A stretch of DNA of 64,000 nucleotides, taken from positions 363,825 to 427,824 of the forward strand of contig JBFWNL010000001.1 in assembly GCA_050251055.1 (NCBI GenBank), written 5' to 3'. This document shows positions 18,974 through 28,557 of this stretch, piece by piece. This DNA comes from Bacteriovoracia bacterium (GTDB lineage Bacteria > Bdellovibrionota > UBA1018 > JBFWNL01). The first letter of the stretch is position 1. Each line of letters starts with the position of its first letter. Both the position numbers and the translations under genes were made by a program. The notes below the pieces were generated by a model. It had not been told where the DNA came from. It saw only the letters and a list, made by a program, of their open reading frames with translations, and ran no database searches.

Positions 18974-20095
18974 ATGCCTTTACCGACGTGGCCCACGCCG
19001 TCCACTCTCCCCACGCGCAAAATTATCCACGTCGATATGGACGCCTTCTATGCCTCGGTGGAGCAGCACGATCATCCAAAATACCGCGGCAAGCCCATCA
19101 TCGTAGGAGGATCGCCAAAAAGCCGGGGTGTCGTCTGCGCCGCCAGCTACGAGGCCCGCAAATTCGGCGTACGCTCGGCCATGCCCTGTGCCCAAGCCGC
19201 TCGCCTGTGCCCCCAGGGGATCTTCGTTCCGCCGCGCTTCGAGCGTTACGTGGAGATCTCCCGCCAAGTACACGATATTTTTTGGGACTATTCCGGCCAA
19301 GTGGAGTCATTGGGACTGGATGAAGCTTACGTCGACGTCACGGAAAATCTGCGACGACTTCCCTCGGCAACGGCGACCGCAAACGAGATTCGCGCGCGAA
19401 TCTTCGAAACCACCGGCCTCACCGCTTCGGCCGGCGTGGCCGCGAACAAGATGCTCGCCAAGATCGCCTCCGACCTCAAGAAACCCAACGGTTTGACGGT
19501 GATCACGCCGACCCGAGCCGCGGTCGTACTGCGAGATCTGCCCGTACGAAAACTCCCAGGCGTGGGGCCCGTCACCGAAGAAAAGCTCATCAAAATGGGG
19601 TACGCCACGGCCGGGGCGTTAGCCCAGGCTTCCGAAGCGGAGCTGCACGGCGCTTTGGGCAAGATGGGCGGATGGCTCTACCGGGTCTCCCAGGGCCGAG
19701 ACGATCGCGAGGTAAGCTCGGAGCGCGAGCGAAAGTCCGTAGGCAGCGAGGACACTTTTTCCGTCGACTTACTGGACCTGCAAGACATGCACGCGGTGCT
19801 GGCTCGCCTGGCCCGGCAGGTGGCGGATCGGCTGGTGGCCAAGGATCTGCTCGCGCGCACGGTGACGCTGAAGGTGAAGTATGATGATTTCACGCAGAAC
19901 ACGCGCAGCCAAACGCTCTTGCATCCCGCCGCCGATGCGGAACTTTTTCGCGAGACCGCCTGCCAGCTTTTACAAGCCACCGAAGCCGGGCGAAGGCCCA
20001 TTCGCCTTTTGGGGATCGGGCTCTCGCAGCTAGGCGCGCCCGGAGAACCGCCCATTCGGCGTACGCCGATTCAGATGGAATTTGCATTTGTTTGA
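18974..20095 (+). CDS. dinB: DNA polymerase IV
   Basis: Motifs IIHVDMDAFYASVE, SYEARKFGVRSAM, LDEAY and AKIASD. Confidence 0.96.
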   Translation: MPLPTWPTPSTLPTRKIIHVDMDAFYASVEQHDHPKYRGKPIIVGGSPKSRGVVCAASYEARKFGVRSAMPCAQAARLCPQGIFVPPRFERYVEISRQVHDIFWDYSGQVESLGLDEAYVDVTENLRRLPSATATANEIRARIFETTGLTASAGVAANKMLAKIASDLKKPNGLTVITPTRAAVVLRDLPVRKLPGVGPVTEEKLIKMGYATAGALAQASEAELHGALGKMGGWLYRVSQGRDDREVSSERERKSVGSEDTFSVDLLDLQDMHAVLARLARQVADRLVAKDLLARTVTLKVKYDDFTQNTRSQTLLHPAADAELFRETACQLLQATEAGRRPIRLLGIGLSQLGAPGEPPIRRTPIQMEFAFV

Positions 20096-20559
20096 TTTAT
20101 GATTCGGGAATGCTGACTCCTGATTTCGTTTTTCAAATCGCCAGCAACCTCGCCCTGCCGGGTTGGCTAGCCCTCGCCTTCTGGCCGCACTCGCGCGCCA
20201 CCGAATGGCTGACCGGCAAGGCGCTACTACCCCTCGCGCTATCGGCGCTCTACTTCGCGGCGCTGGCGGTCGGAGTCACCGCTCCCGGAGGGGCCCAAGG
20301 CGGCTTTGATTCGCTAGCGAACGTGAAGCTGCTCTTTCAAAACGACTGGGCGCTGCTCGCGGGCTGGATCCACTATCTGGCGTTTGACCTGTTGATCGGC
20401 GACCGCATCGTCGGGGAGCTGGAGCGCGCGGGACGAAACCGCTGGTACTGGCGCGTGCCCCTGCTGTTTCTTACGTTGATGCTGGGCCCCGTGGGATTCC
20501 TGGTTTCGCGACCGGTAGTAAGGGCGACGCCTGGACCCATGCCCGGGCCCGTGCGATGA
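20092..20559 (+). CDS. ABA4-like (DUF4281) membrane protein
   Basis: Motifs LAGWIHYLAFDL and LTLMLGPVG. Confidence 0.88.
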   Translation: MIYDSGMLTPDFVFQIASNLALPGWLALAFWPHSRATEWLTGKALLPLALSALYFAALAVGVTAPGGAQGGFDSLANVKLLFQNDWALLAGWIHYLAFDLLIGDRIVGELERAGRNRWYWRVPLLFLTLMLGPVGFLVSRPVVRATPGPMPGPVR

Positions 20560-21332
20560 CAAGTTTCATCGCGGCCGTCCGCGAATCCAGTCGCGCGCTC
20601 TATTTGGCCATGCAAGGTCACGCGGTATTGGCCGTGCTCACCCTTCCCGGAATTTTTTTCGACTCACGCCAGGTGACCGGCCTCAATCCGTGGTTCAAGC
20701 CACTCAAGTTCGATCTCTCGATCTTGATCTATGCCGCAACGATGGCCTGGGTGATTCGTGGATTTTCGGAGCCCTGGCGCCGATCCGTGGGCCGGCAAAT
20801 CGCAGTGTGTATGTGGGTAGAGATCGTGTTGATCTATATCCAGGCCGCCCGGGGAGTAGGCTCGCACTTCAATGTTGCGCACCCCCTCGACGGCGCCGTA
20901 TTTACGGTGATGGGCCTCTTCATTCTCTACAATACTCTGCAAATCGCGCGCGTGGCGTGGGCCTGGTTTCGTCGACCTCCCGCCGCCCCGCCGATCTATC
21001 GCTTGGCCGTGCGCTGGGGACTTGTGTCCTTACTGATCGGCAGCGCTTTGGGGGGCTACATGTCGGCGCAGATGGGGCATACGGTGGGCGCGCCCGACGG
21101 GGGCCCAGGGCTTCCGTGGTTGAACTGGAGCACGCAGGCAGGCGATCTGCGGGTGGCACACTTCTTCGGGTTACACGGGATCCAAATTTTCTTGATCCTC
21201 GGCCTTTGGCTCACGCGCCGAAATCAGGCACGCGCCGGCTGGATTTTACACGCCGTCGGGGTGATTTTCGTGCTCGTGGTCGGATGGGCGTTCACGGAAG
21301 CGCGGGCGGGTCGGCCGCTGCTGCCGGGATAA
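20556..21332 (+). CDS. Multi-pass membrane protein, typical DUF4281 partner
   Basis: Motifs WFKPLKF, QAARGVGSHFN and GDLRVAHFFGLHGIQ; ATGA overlap with the upstream gene. Confidence 0.85.
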   Translation: MTSFIAAVRESSRALYLAMQGHAVLAVLTLPGIFFDSRQVTGLNPWFKPLKFDLSILIYAATMAWVIRGFSEPWRRSVGRQIAVCMWVEIVLIYIQAARGVGSHFNVAHPLDGAVFTVMGLFILYNTLQIARVAWAWFRRPPAAPPIYRLAVRWGLVSLLIGSALGGYMSAQMGHTVGAPDGGPGLPWLNWSTQAGDLRVAHFFGLHGIQIFLILGLWLTRRNQARAGWILHAVGVIFVLVVGWAFTEARAGRPLLPG

Positions 21333-21639
21333 CCGGGGCCTTCGCGCAACTCACTTCGACCGTGTAGGGCGTGAAGATCCCGACGCTCACAACCGTCAGC
21401 AAAGTGGACGCTGCGGATTGCTCCGTTTTGTTCCTCGCCCATCGCCCCGGACACGGCCGGGAGAGATCCTCGGGCGCATGCATTTCATAAAGCGATAGTA
21501 AAATCACGTCGTGGGTGTTCGCGTAGCTCGCGACGAAGGGATTCGTCTCATCGATCTCGGGCAGAGGACCGTTACTAAAGTAGGTGGTGGAGCATCCCAT
21601 CGAGAATAATAGCGCCAGCGCGGAACCGAGCTTGGTCAT
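21292..21639 (-). CDS. Bor/Iss-family lipoprotein
   Basis: Lipobox SMGC; C-terminal TVVSVGIFTPYTVEVSC pattern. Confidence 0.7.
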   Translation of the reverse strand: MTKLGSALALLFSMGCSTTYFSNGPLPEIDETNPFVASYANTHDVILLSLYEMHAPEDLSRPCPGRWARNKTEQSAASTLLTVVSVGIFTPYTVEVSCAKAPVIPAAAADPPALP

Positions 21640-21968
21640 GTCCGATCCCCCACGCCGCACCAGACCTTCGCCGTCCGAGGAGAAAAAATCATCAGGGTAA
21701 AAATTCGGACCAACACATCCGAGGGAGTGAACTGGGTTTGCATCTGTAAGACGTCACGATTCCCGCACGCCCACTGGACGTCCACATGATGCTCGCCAAC
21801 GATCCCGCCCAAAAAAAACACGTGAGTGCGCTCCCAAGTGGGTGGACCCGCGATTTTTTCGGCGCCATCGGGGCGAAGGGTGACGGTGCCGCACCCAATC
21901 ACCGCGATGCCTAAGGTACCGACGAAAGTACCGCGGAGAATCCTCTTCAGCACTAAGACCGCTCTCAT
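21636..21968 (-). CDS. Bor/Iss-family lipoprotein
   Basis: Lipobox VIGC; FFLGGIV...AC; IFTLMIFSPRTAKVWC. Confidence 0.75.
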   Translation of the reverse strand: MRAVLVLKRILRGTFVGTLGIAVIGCGTVTLRPDGAEKIAGPPTWERTHVFFLGGIVGEHHVDVQWACGNRDVLQMQTQFTPSDVLVRIFTLMIFSPRTAKVWCGVGDRT

Positions 21969-22194
21969 GCCCAAATGATAACGTGAATCGCCACCCAGCA
22001 CCACGCGGATGAGTATTTTCCTCAGAACCCGCAGAGCCCTATGACGCCCACTTTCGAAACGAGAGAATGTCGAAAAAAACCCTAAGTTGAATATTGACTT
22101 AGATTTCATCCTACTTTAAACCGTCGAAAGTCTGTCCTGAGAGTAGCGCTACTTCCTCGGCATCAAGTCAGCCTGATCCACCCAGGAGGTAAAC

Positions 22195-22647
22195 ATGTGC
22201 TTTTCCTTTTTGAATTTTTTCCCACTATTTGCTCTAACTTTCTCTTCGCTTTCAGCTTTCGCCGCTACTCCGTTCGAAGAATTTAAAGGCACCTACGAAA
22301 TCAAAAAAATAATCTCCGACAAGCGCCGCATTTCTCAATCCGATGTCGTAACCATAGATTCGGAAGATGATGACGCTTCGATCCTAGTGCGAGACCGCGC
22401 GTCGGCAGCCGTTCGCTATCAAATGGCATTGCGAGAATGGCGCATAGAAGGCGAAGGCCGATATAGCGTGGCCGAGTTTGAGTCTAAGGACGGGAAGGCT
22501 TCCTGGCGCTGGGTATCGAATTATTCCCGTCGTTCCGTGGAAATCTCTCCGCTGGAAGGGGATTTATTCTTCATCACGCTAACGAACCCTTCGGAGCAGT
22601 GGTTTGTAAAAGAAAGCTATAGCTTAGTGGTGAAACGTATACGATAG
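22195..22647 (+). CDS. Hypothetical exported protein, AT-richer than the surroundings
   Basis: Strong SD AGGAGGT; signal peptide ending AFA. Confidence 0.7.
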   Translation: MCFSFLNFFPLFALTFSSLSAFAATPFEEFKGTYEIKKIISDKRRISQSDVVTIDSEDDDASILVRDRASAAVRYQMALREWRIEGEGRYSVAEFESKDGKASWRWVSNYSRRSVEISPLEGDLFFITLTNPSEQWFVKESYSLVVKRIR

Positions 22648-22673
22648 AGCGCTCCGCGTTCCATCGTCTTACT

Positions 22674-22806
22674 CCAGCCATCTCTCCGTTCTATTTTAAA
22701 ATCCGAGTCGCGGGGGTGTCCCGGCCCAGGATGGGAAAAAGGGTCAAGCCCATGGATGGGCGTCCCTCGTGAGTCGGATTTTAAAATAGAACGGAGAAAT
22801 GGCTGG
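22674..22806. repeat. Long inverted repeat overlapping the tRNA 3' end
   Basis: Perfect 24-bp core (22683-22706 vs 22774-22797) inside imperfect arms of about 43 bp. Confidence 0.9.
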
Positions 22807-22873
22807 GGAACTAGGATTCGAACCTAGATAGCCAGAGTCAGAGTCTGGAGTCCTACCATTGGACGATTCCCCA
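22800..22873 (-). tRNA. tRNA-Gln (anticodon CTG)
   Basis: TGGGGAATCGTCCAATGGTAGGACTCCAGACTCTGACTCTGGCTATCTAGGTTCGAATCCTAGTTCCCCAGCCA: cloverleaf, anticodon stem CCAGA/TCTGG, T-loop GTTCGAAT, encoded CCA. Confidence 0.97.
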
Positions 22874-22919
22874 ATACCGAAAGGAAAACCGCGTATTTAG
22901 CGTAAAGCGTCGGGGTTGT

Positions 22920-23456
22920 CTAGCCGCCGACGTGGATGGTGCTTAAGACCTGCAGACACGCCGGGGAAGGCGTGTTTTCCAGCACAAAGAGCGAGATAAA
23001 CGGCAGGACGGAGGCCTGCGGGTAGTGCGCGAGGCTGAAGCTGGGCGTTTGCGGTGAAGGCGCGCAGCTCAAGCGCCCCACGGCCGCGAGGCACTCCGAG
23101 ATCTCCGCCGGATTGGAGTACAAGACCCGATCGAGCTCCCGTTGATGGAGAGCGCCTACCGTGAACGGATCGCCGTTGGCGTCCGCGACGGGATAGCCCA
23201 GGACCGCCAGCAGGCCCGGATTGACTTCGGCCCGGAAGATCGAGCGATAGCAGAGCGGCGGATCCACCTGGTTGCATTCGCGCAGGTGCTCGCAAAAACC
23301 CGATACCAAGAGACTCATGGCCGTGCCCCCGGTCGGATTACCCGTGATGGTCCCGGTCTGGCTCGTGGGATTGCTTCCCGCGCAGCCCGTGATCCAGGCC
23401 AGCGCCAAGCCCACCACGACGGATCCCACTCTCATTTTCCCGAAGAGAGACTTCAT
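22920..23456 (-). CDS. Cys-patterned lipoprotein with GNP motif (paralogue of 29825..30388)
   Basis: Lipobox ITGC; TITGNP; six further Cys residues. Confidence 0.8.
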   Translation of the reverse strand: MKSLFGKMRVGSVVVGLALAWITGCAGSNPTSQTGTITGNPTGGTAMSLLVSGFCEHLRECNQVDPPLCYRSIFRAEVNPGLLAVLGYPVADANGDPFTVGALHQRELDRVLYSNPAEISECLAAVGRLSCAPSPQTPSFSLAHYPQASVLPFISLFVLENTPSPACLQVLSTIHVGG

Positions 23457-23478
23457 TTCCTACCCTCGTGCTTAAAAA

Positions 23479-23853
23479 TCAGATCGCGCCGCGATCCAGC
23501 GGATCGAGCAAAATGTAACGACAGTTGCGGTCGTCAGAAGCGCGCTCGCGCACCCACACGTTGACGAATGCCGAGACGTCCTGCGGATCCACTACGCCAT
23601 TGCCGTCGAAGTCGGCGCGCGAAAGGCCGGCCTGAAATGCCGCATTCATCGCATCGATGTCCGCTGGGGTCAGCCGGCCATCTCGATCAAAGTCAGCGCA
23701 AAAGGCCGGCGAATAGAGAGATTCCGTACCCGGCGCATCGTTCCCACCGACGGAAACCGAAGACTGCTGCCCCGGTATCGATAGACCGCAGCCCATGCCC
23801 AGAAGTAGCATCGCCAGAAATCCGGCTAGTTGCCGAGTACTCTGTTTAATCAT
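23479..23853 (-). CDS. Lipoprotein with dockerin/EF-hand-like duplicated Ca-binding loops
   Basis: Lipobox GMGC; repeats ADFDRDGRLTPADI and ADFDGNGVVDPQDV. Confidence 0.8.
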   Translation of the reverse strand: MIKQSTRQLAGFLAMLLLGMGCGLSIPGQQSSVSVGGNDAPGTESLYSPAFCADFDRDGRLTPADIDAMNAAFQAGLSRADFDGNGVVDPQDVSAFVNVWVRERASDDRNCRYILLDPLDRGAI

Positions 23854-23871
23854 GAATGGCCCCCGTAATAC

Positions 23872-23888
23872 TGTATTAATATAATACA
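23872..23888. promoter_or_regulatory. Perfect palindrome TGTATTA-N3-TAATACA (candidate operator)
   Basis: AT-rich dyad about 20 nt upstream of the 23853 start in a GC-rich background. Confidence 0.55.
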
Positions 23889-23928
23889 CTATAATGAAGG
23901 CGGGCGCTGGATTTCTAAGCCGGGTGGG

Positions 23929-25830
23929 TCACGCCGGACCCGCTAGGTAGGCATCCGCCAAGGTCTCGCACTCGTTAACGATTCCTTCGACGATGGCAAT
24001 GCTCTCTTCCCAAAACTTGGGCTTCGTCAAATCCACCTGCAGATGTCGAAGGGCGAGATCCTCGGCCGTGGCCCGGCCACAGTCAGCCAGTAACGAGCGA
24101 TAGGCGGTGAAGAACTCCTCCGCACGCGCGCCGCGCTTCCGACGTTGGGCGTACACGCCTACCGCGAAGAGATATCCGAAGACGTAGGGGAAGTTATAAA
24201 AGCGAACGTCCGTATAGTTGAAGTGCGGCTTACTCGCCCAAAACATGCGATCGACATCGGAGATGCTGTCCCCGTACGCCTCGCGCCAGGCGGCTTCCAT
24301 CGACTGCTTGAGATCGGCCGGAGAAAAATCCCGCGTTTTGATCCGTTCGTAGAAATCTTTCTCGAAAATATAGCGCGCGGGCAGGTTCAATAAAAACGTG
24401 CCGACGTTACCGAGCTCGATCCATCCGGCGCGTAGCCGATCCAGATCATTCTGGGCCGATCGGGAGAGAAAGTCGGCGAACAGATTCTCGCTGAAAATGC
24501 TCGCGGTCTCGGCGAGCGTCAGCGGATACGTGGACTCGACCAGGGTTTGATCACGCACGACCCATGCATGATAAGCGTGCCCCATTTCGTGGGCCAACGT
24601 CTTCACGTGGTACATCGACCCCATATAGGTCATAAAGATTCGCGGCTCGCCAGCGGCGGCAAAACGCGTGCAATAGGCACCCGACTTCCGGCTCGGCCCC
24701 ACCCCCGCCTCGATCCAATTCTCCTTCACCATGCGATCGACGAACGAACCCATCTCGGGACTCAGATCCTGATAGGCCGCGCGAATCATACGGATCGCTT
24801 CTGAAAAAACGTATTTTTCGGCCTTCTCCGGATTTTTCTCCGGAAACGGCGCCCCCCCGTCCCACGGGTCGAGGCAAGGCTTGCCCAAGAGCTTAGCCTT
24901 CAAGCGCAAAGCGCGCCGGCCCACGGGAAAACCCCGGTGCTTCACGGCTTCCATCATGGCGTCGAGCGAGGCGCGCGAAATGCGCCCGGCATGCACGGCA
25001 TCATCCAAAAAATGCACGGGATGCGTATGCGAACGACGAGCATCCACCTCGTGCCGCCAAAGCGCCAGATTCTTCAAGATCGCCGCGAAGGTTTCTTCCT
25101 GGGCCTCGAAAGCCCGCTGCACGGCGAAGAATGAAGACTTACGCACGCGATCCAAATGCGAGTTCGCGTAACCCAAGGCTTCGGCCACGCCCATCTGACG
25201 TACACCATCCCCGGTATCCACTTCGCACTGCAGGGAACCCGAAACGGCGTAGTACAGCCGCTCCCACGCCTGAAATCCCGGCAGCGCGAGCCCCGAAATC
25301 AAGCGCTCCTCCTTCAACGAGAGCAGGCTCGCTTTCTCTTTGCGCAGGTGGGAAATAAAAAACCGCTCATACTGCACGGCCGGATCTTGGAAGTACTCGT
25401 CGACGAGCGCGTCGGGGATGGAGATCAGGAACTGGTTTACCGGTTCGATCGCCTGCCCGTAGGCCGCCCACATTTTTTGGTATTCCGTGGTGAGCTCGCG
25501 CGCCCGCTGGTGCTTTGTATCCACGGAGGCGGCGCAGTTGACGAAAACTTCGAAGTCCCAGCACCCTCGAAAAACCGCTTCCCGCATCCGGGACGCTTCG
25601 CGCGCTTTCAGTAGATAGGGGCGTCCCTCCTCCAGGGTCATTTCCGGAGCGCGTCCGATCAGCGGCCCAGTGAACCCTTCCGAAAGCTTCGCCAGTTGCC
25701 GAATACGCGCCTCGTTCGCCTGAATGGCTTGCCGAAAACTAGCTGCCTCAAGCGAGGCATGAATCCGTGTGTTGTCCCAACGAGGGGCTCCCAAGGCGTC
25801 TAACTCCGAGGGGCTATGCTGTCCATCCAT
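23929..25830 (-). CDS. M3B oligoendopeptidase F family peptidase
   Basis: Motifs GAYC, TLAHEMGHAYH, LAETASIFSE and FYNFPYVFG. Confidence 0.93.
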   Translation of the reverse strand: MDGQHSPSELDALGAPRWDNTRIHASLEAASFRQAIQANEARIRQLAKLSEGFTGPLIGRAPEMTLEEGRPYLLKAREASRMREAVFRGCWDFEVFVNCAASVDTKHQRARELTTEYQKMWAAYGQAIEPVNQFLISIPDALVDEYFQDPAVQYERFFISHLRKEKASLLSLKEERLISGLALPGFQAWERLYYAVSGSLQCEVDTGDGVRQMGVAEALGYANSHLDRVRKSSFFAVQRAFEAQEETFAAILKNLALWRHEVDARRSHTHPVHFLDDAVHAGRISRASLDAMMEAVKHRGFPVGRRALRLKAKLLGKPCLDPWDGGAPFPEKNPEKAEKYVFSEAIRMIRAAYQDLSPEMGSFVDRMVKENWIEAGVGPSRKSGAYCTRFAAAGEPRIFMTYMGSMYHVKTLAHEMGHAYHAWVVRDQTLVESTYPLTLAETASIFSENLFADFLSRSAQNDLDRLRAGWIELGNVGTFLLNLPARYIFEKDFYERIKTRDFSPADLKQSMEAAWREAYGDSISDVDRMFWASKPHFNYTDVRFYNFPYVFGYLFAVGVYAQRRKRGARAEEFFTAYRSLLADCGRATAEDLALRHLQVDLTKPKFWEESIAIVEGIVNECETLADAYLAGPA

Positions 25831-25981
25831 GTAGTCTTAGCGTACCCCACCCGGCCGATCCTTACACATAGATTTTATCGCCTAATTCCCGCTACTTAAC
25901 CGAAGTAAAACGGAGGCCCGCAGATTGACTCCGGACCGGTTAGAGGGTACAACGCACCGCACCTTAATGGTGGAGATAAGC

Positions 25982-27880
25982 ATGAGAAATTCCTTCCGTT
26001 TTCTGGTCCATGGTTTGGCGCTCGCGACCACTTTCGGAGCGGGTCTCCCGGCGCTCGGGGCCACGGAGTTCCCCTCGCTCGCCACGAAGGTGGCGCAAGC
26101 CGAGATCACCAAACAAGTCCAGACTGCCCTTAAAAAGAGCGGACTTTCCCCCGCCGATCAAGGCGCGTGGACCCCGCGGCTCGTGGCCTACTTGAGCTTT
26201 CTAGGCGTGCCGAAAGCCGCCACCGCCGAGGTGCTGGGGCGTCTGATGAACTCCTCCACCCGATTCCTGCAATGCGAAGACCTCGAGGATTGGGGCTGCC
26301 TGGAAGGTGAACTCGAAATCAAGCCGAAGTACGCCTGGCGCCAAGACACCCAGAGTGGACTGGGAAAACCCGTGGATGCGGGCGCGCGGCTAGAGCTCGA
26401 GAGTTTCTTTACCGCGCGCTTCACTGACGGCCAACGGCCCGCCCGCCTGGCGAAGACGCTCGCGGATAAAATCCGCACCCTCGGAAAGCGCCGGGTACTC
26501 GGCGCTCTCTATGGGATCGACGATATTCAAGGCAGCATGAAGCCGGTTTACGACGCCATCGAAGCCTCCGTGAAAAATGGCACGGACGTGCGCATGGTCT
26601 TGGACTACTCCGAAGATGGCGGCAGCAACTCCTTCATGCGACTCTACGATGCCGATGTGAAGGGCGGCAGAGTGCAGCTCGCTCCCGCCAAGAGCATCGT
26701 CTTCTCGTACGTGGCCCCGCCGGAGAATCGGCGGGACGACTGGGTGTTTGGCCGCCCGGCGTGGATGGACGAACTGATCGCCTTAGGCGAAAACAACAAG
26801 ACTGCGCCCGATGTGGACGCCCCCGAAAACTTCAAGCACGAGATTGCGGACGCCCGGTGGTTTCTCAACTACCGCCGGCTGCCCTCCGATTCCAAGCTTG
26901 CGGCGAAGCTCGCCACCCGCGTGGCGTATCAATACGAGGGAAATAGCGAGCTGATCCGGCTACTCAACGCTGGCATCCGCCGCGAAGAAGACGCCCGGGC
27001 CCGCCTGGAGTGGCCAGCGGCCAAGATCATGCACAATAAATTCCTGGTCCTGGATTCCGGCGACGGCCCCCGCTCAGTTTGGACGGGCACGACCAACATC
27101 GCGAAGACCTGCATGGGCGAAGAATCCAACGCGAACATGGCGGTGCTGATCCGCAACGAAGCCGTCGCGGAGGCTTTCGCGCAAGAATTCAACGAAATGT
27201 ACGCGTTCGATCCGGAGGTAAAAACCAACTTCGACGACATTCTCGTGGATGGCAAGGGAGGGCGCGACTTCAACGTCGGACGTTTCCACACCCAGAAGCG
27301 GCCGAACACGGCGCGCTACTTCACGTTCCGCGATGGCACCGAAGCCCGCGTACATTTCTCGCCGACGGATGACGGCGAGCACCGGGCCATCCTGCCCCTA
27401 CTTTTGTCGGCGCGCGCCGGAGACCATATCCGCGTGGCCATGTTCGGCGATGGTGGCATCGAGTACGTGCGCGCGTTCCAGTACGCGGCCGCCAAGGGCG
27501 CGCGGGTGCAGATTTTGCTCGACGCCATGACGGGCGTGCTCGCGGGCTCCTGGGTAAATAACCCGCTGGCCAAGATTCAAGGATCAAACCCTTACCAAAG
27601 TCTCGTCAAGGGCGGGGCGGGCGGCAGCATCGAGGTGCTGCGCGACGACTGGAGCGGGATGAACCATCATAAAACGGCCACCCTCACCCGCAAGCAACGC
27701 GGTAAGGAAATCGCCGAAGTCCTAGTGGTCGGTTCCCAGAATTGGTCCGCCGGCGGCAATGACGATAACGACGAGAACATGATCACGGTGCGAAATCGCA
27801 AGGGCTTACCCGCCGCGGAGGCATTTAATCAGCACTTCGACACTGAGCTGTGGACCGCGGCCAAGCCCCTCGCCAAATAA
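25982..27880 (+). CDS. Exported phospholipase D superfamily protein
   Basis: Signal peptide; MHNKFLVLD...WTGTTN and MNHHK...GSQNWS...NDEN. Confidence 0.88.
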   Translation: MRNSFRFLVHGLALATTFGAGLPALGATEFPSLATKVAQAEITKQVQTALKKSGLSPADQGAWTPRLVAYLSFLGVPKAATAEVLGRLMNSSTRFLQCEDLEDWGCLEGELEIKPKYAWRQDTQSGLGKPVDAGARLELESFFTARFTDGQRPARLAKTLADKIRTLGKRRVLGALYGIDDIQGSMKPVYDAIEASVKNGTDVRMVLDYSEDGGSNSFMRLYDADVKGGRVQLAPAKSIVFSYVAPPENRRDDWVFGRPAWMDELIALGENNKTAPDVDAPENFKHEIADARWFLNYRRLPSDSKLAAKLATRVAYQYEGNSELIRLLNAGIRREEDARARLEWPAAKIMHNKFLVLDSGDGPRSVWTGTTNIAKTCMGEESNANMAVLIRNEAVAEAFAQEFNEMYAFDPEVKTNFDDILVDGKGGRDFNVGRFHTQKRPNTARYFTFRDGTEARVHFSPTDDGEHRAILPLLLSARAGDHIRVAMFGDGGIEYVRAFQYAAAKGARVQILLDAMTGVLAGSWVNNPLAKIQGSNPYQSLVKGGAGGSIEVLRDDWSGMNHHKTATLTRKQRGKEIAEVLVVGSQNWSAGGNDDNDENMITVRNRKGLPAAEAFNQHFDTELWTAAKPLAK

Positions 27881-27888
27881 GAATCCCC

Positions 27889-28557
27889 ATGAACGACGGG
27901 TATCTCGCTAGGGTATGGCGCCCCCTTTTCTTCATCCGGCTTGGGTTGCTCACGCTGCTACTGTCGGCCGGGATCGCGGGGGCCAAACCGCTTTCCGATT
28001 CCGTCAGCACGGGGATCACGGTCTCCGCGAAGCCGGGCATGCTCGAGATCACCGGCCAGCAAAATCTCTACCCCCGCTTCGGGCTCCTCGTGGGTTTTCA
28101 GCGCATGGCCTATGGCCCGGACCCGTACGCGGGCTGGGAGTTTGGGGGAAATGTACTGTTGTTTCGTGCGCTGGGAGAATGGTGGCAGGCCAACGGAGTA
28201 CTAGGCGCCGGCTTTGCCGGGATGTCGGGACCCGATCACGGACATTCGGCGCTTTGGACGCGTCTGGATCTAGACTGGGAAACTCGGAGGGTGCTCGTCG
28301 CCTGGGAGGGGTACTTACAGCGTGGAAACCGCATGCCTAACGTGGATGCGAGCCAGGCCCGTTTAGGGTATGCTTTCACCGCCGCCGAAATGACCGGGGT
28401 CCAGCCCTGGCTGATCGCCGGTCATTATAGTCGTTCGGGAGTGGAGGGCTTTCCAGTTTTTGGCGCCATGCGGTTCATGACCGCCGAGTGGTGGCTGGAG
28501 GCAGGGGCATCACTCCGAGGCGATTGGATCTTCTTAGGAGCTTCGATATCGTTATGA
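27889..28557 (+). CDS. Hypothetical outer-membrane beta-barrel-like protein
   Basis: Signal peptide; aromatic/Gly-rich alternating strands; ATGA overlap with the HMA gene. Confidence 0.65.
   Translation: MNDGYLARVWRPLFFIRLGLLTLLLSAGIAGAKPLSDSVSTGITVSAKPGMLEITGQQNLYPRFGLLVGFQRMAYGPDPYAGWEFGGNVLLFRALGEWWQANGVLGAGFAGMSGPDHGHSALWTRLDLDWETRRVLVAWEGYLQRGNRMPNVDASQARLGYAFTAAEMTGVQPWLIAGHYSRSGVEGFPVFGAMRFMTAEWWLEAGASLRGDWIFLGASISL

Noticed and set aside
22158-22173. CGGCATCAAGTCAGCC as a sigma54 promoter for the 22195 gene
   Set aside because: GG-N10-GC spacing is right but the -12 context (CAGC rather than TTGC) is weak.
22650-22900. Prophage or integrative element at tRNA-Gln
   Set aside because: No integrase, no phage genes and no direct-repeat att copy seen in the window.
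23871-23889. Palindrome as an E. coli-type SOS box
   Set aside because: Spacing is CTGT-N11-ACAC, not CTGT-N8-ACAG.
25831-25981. c-di-GMP riboswitch or other ncRNA before the PLD gene
   Set aside because: No GEMM core (GGCAAAC...GAAA...GACGCAAAGC) or other recognisable motif.
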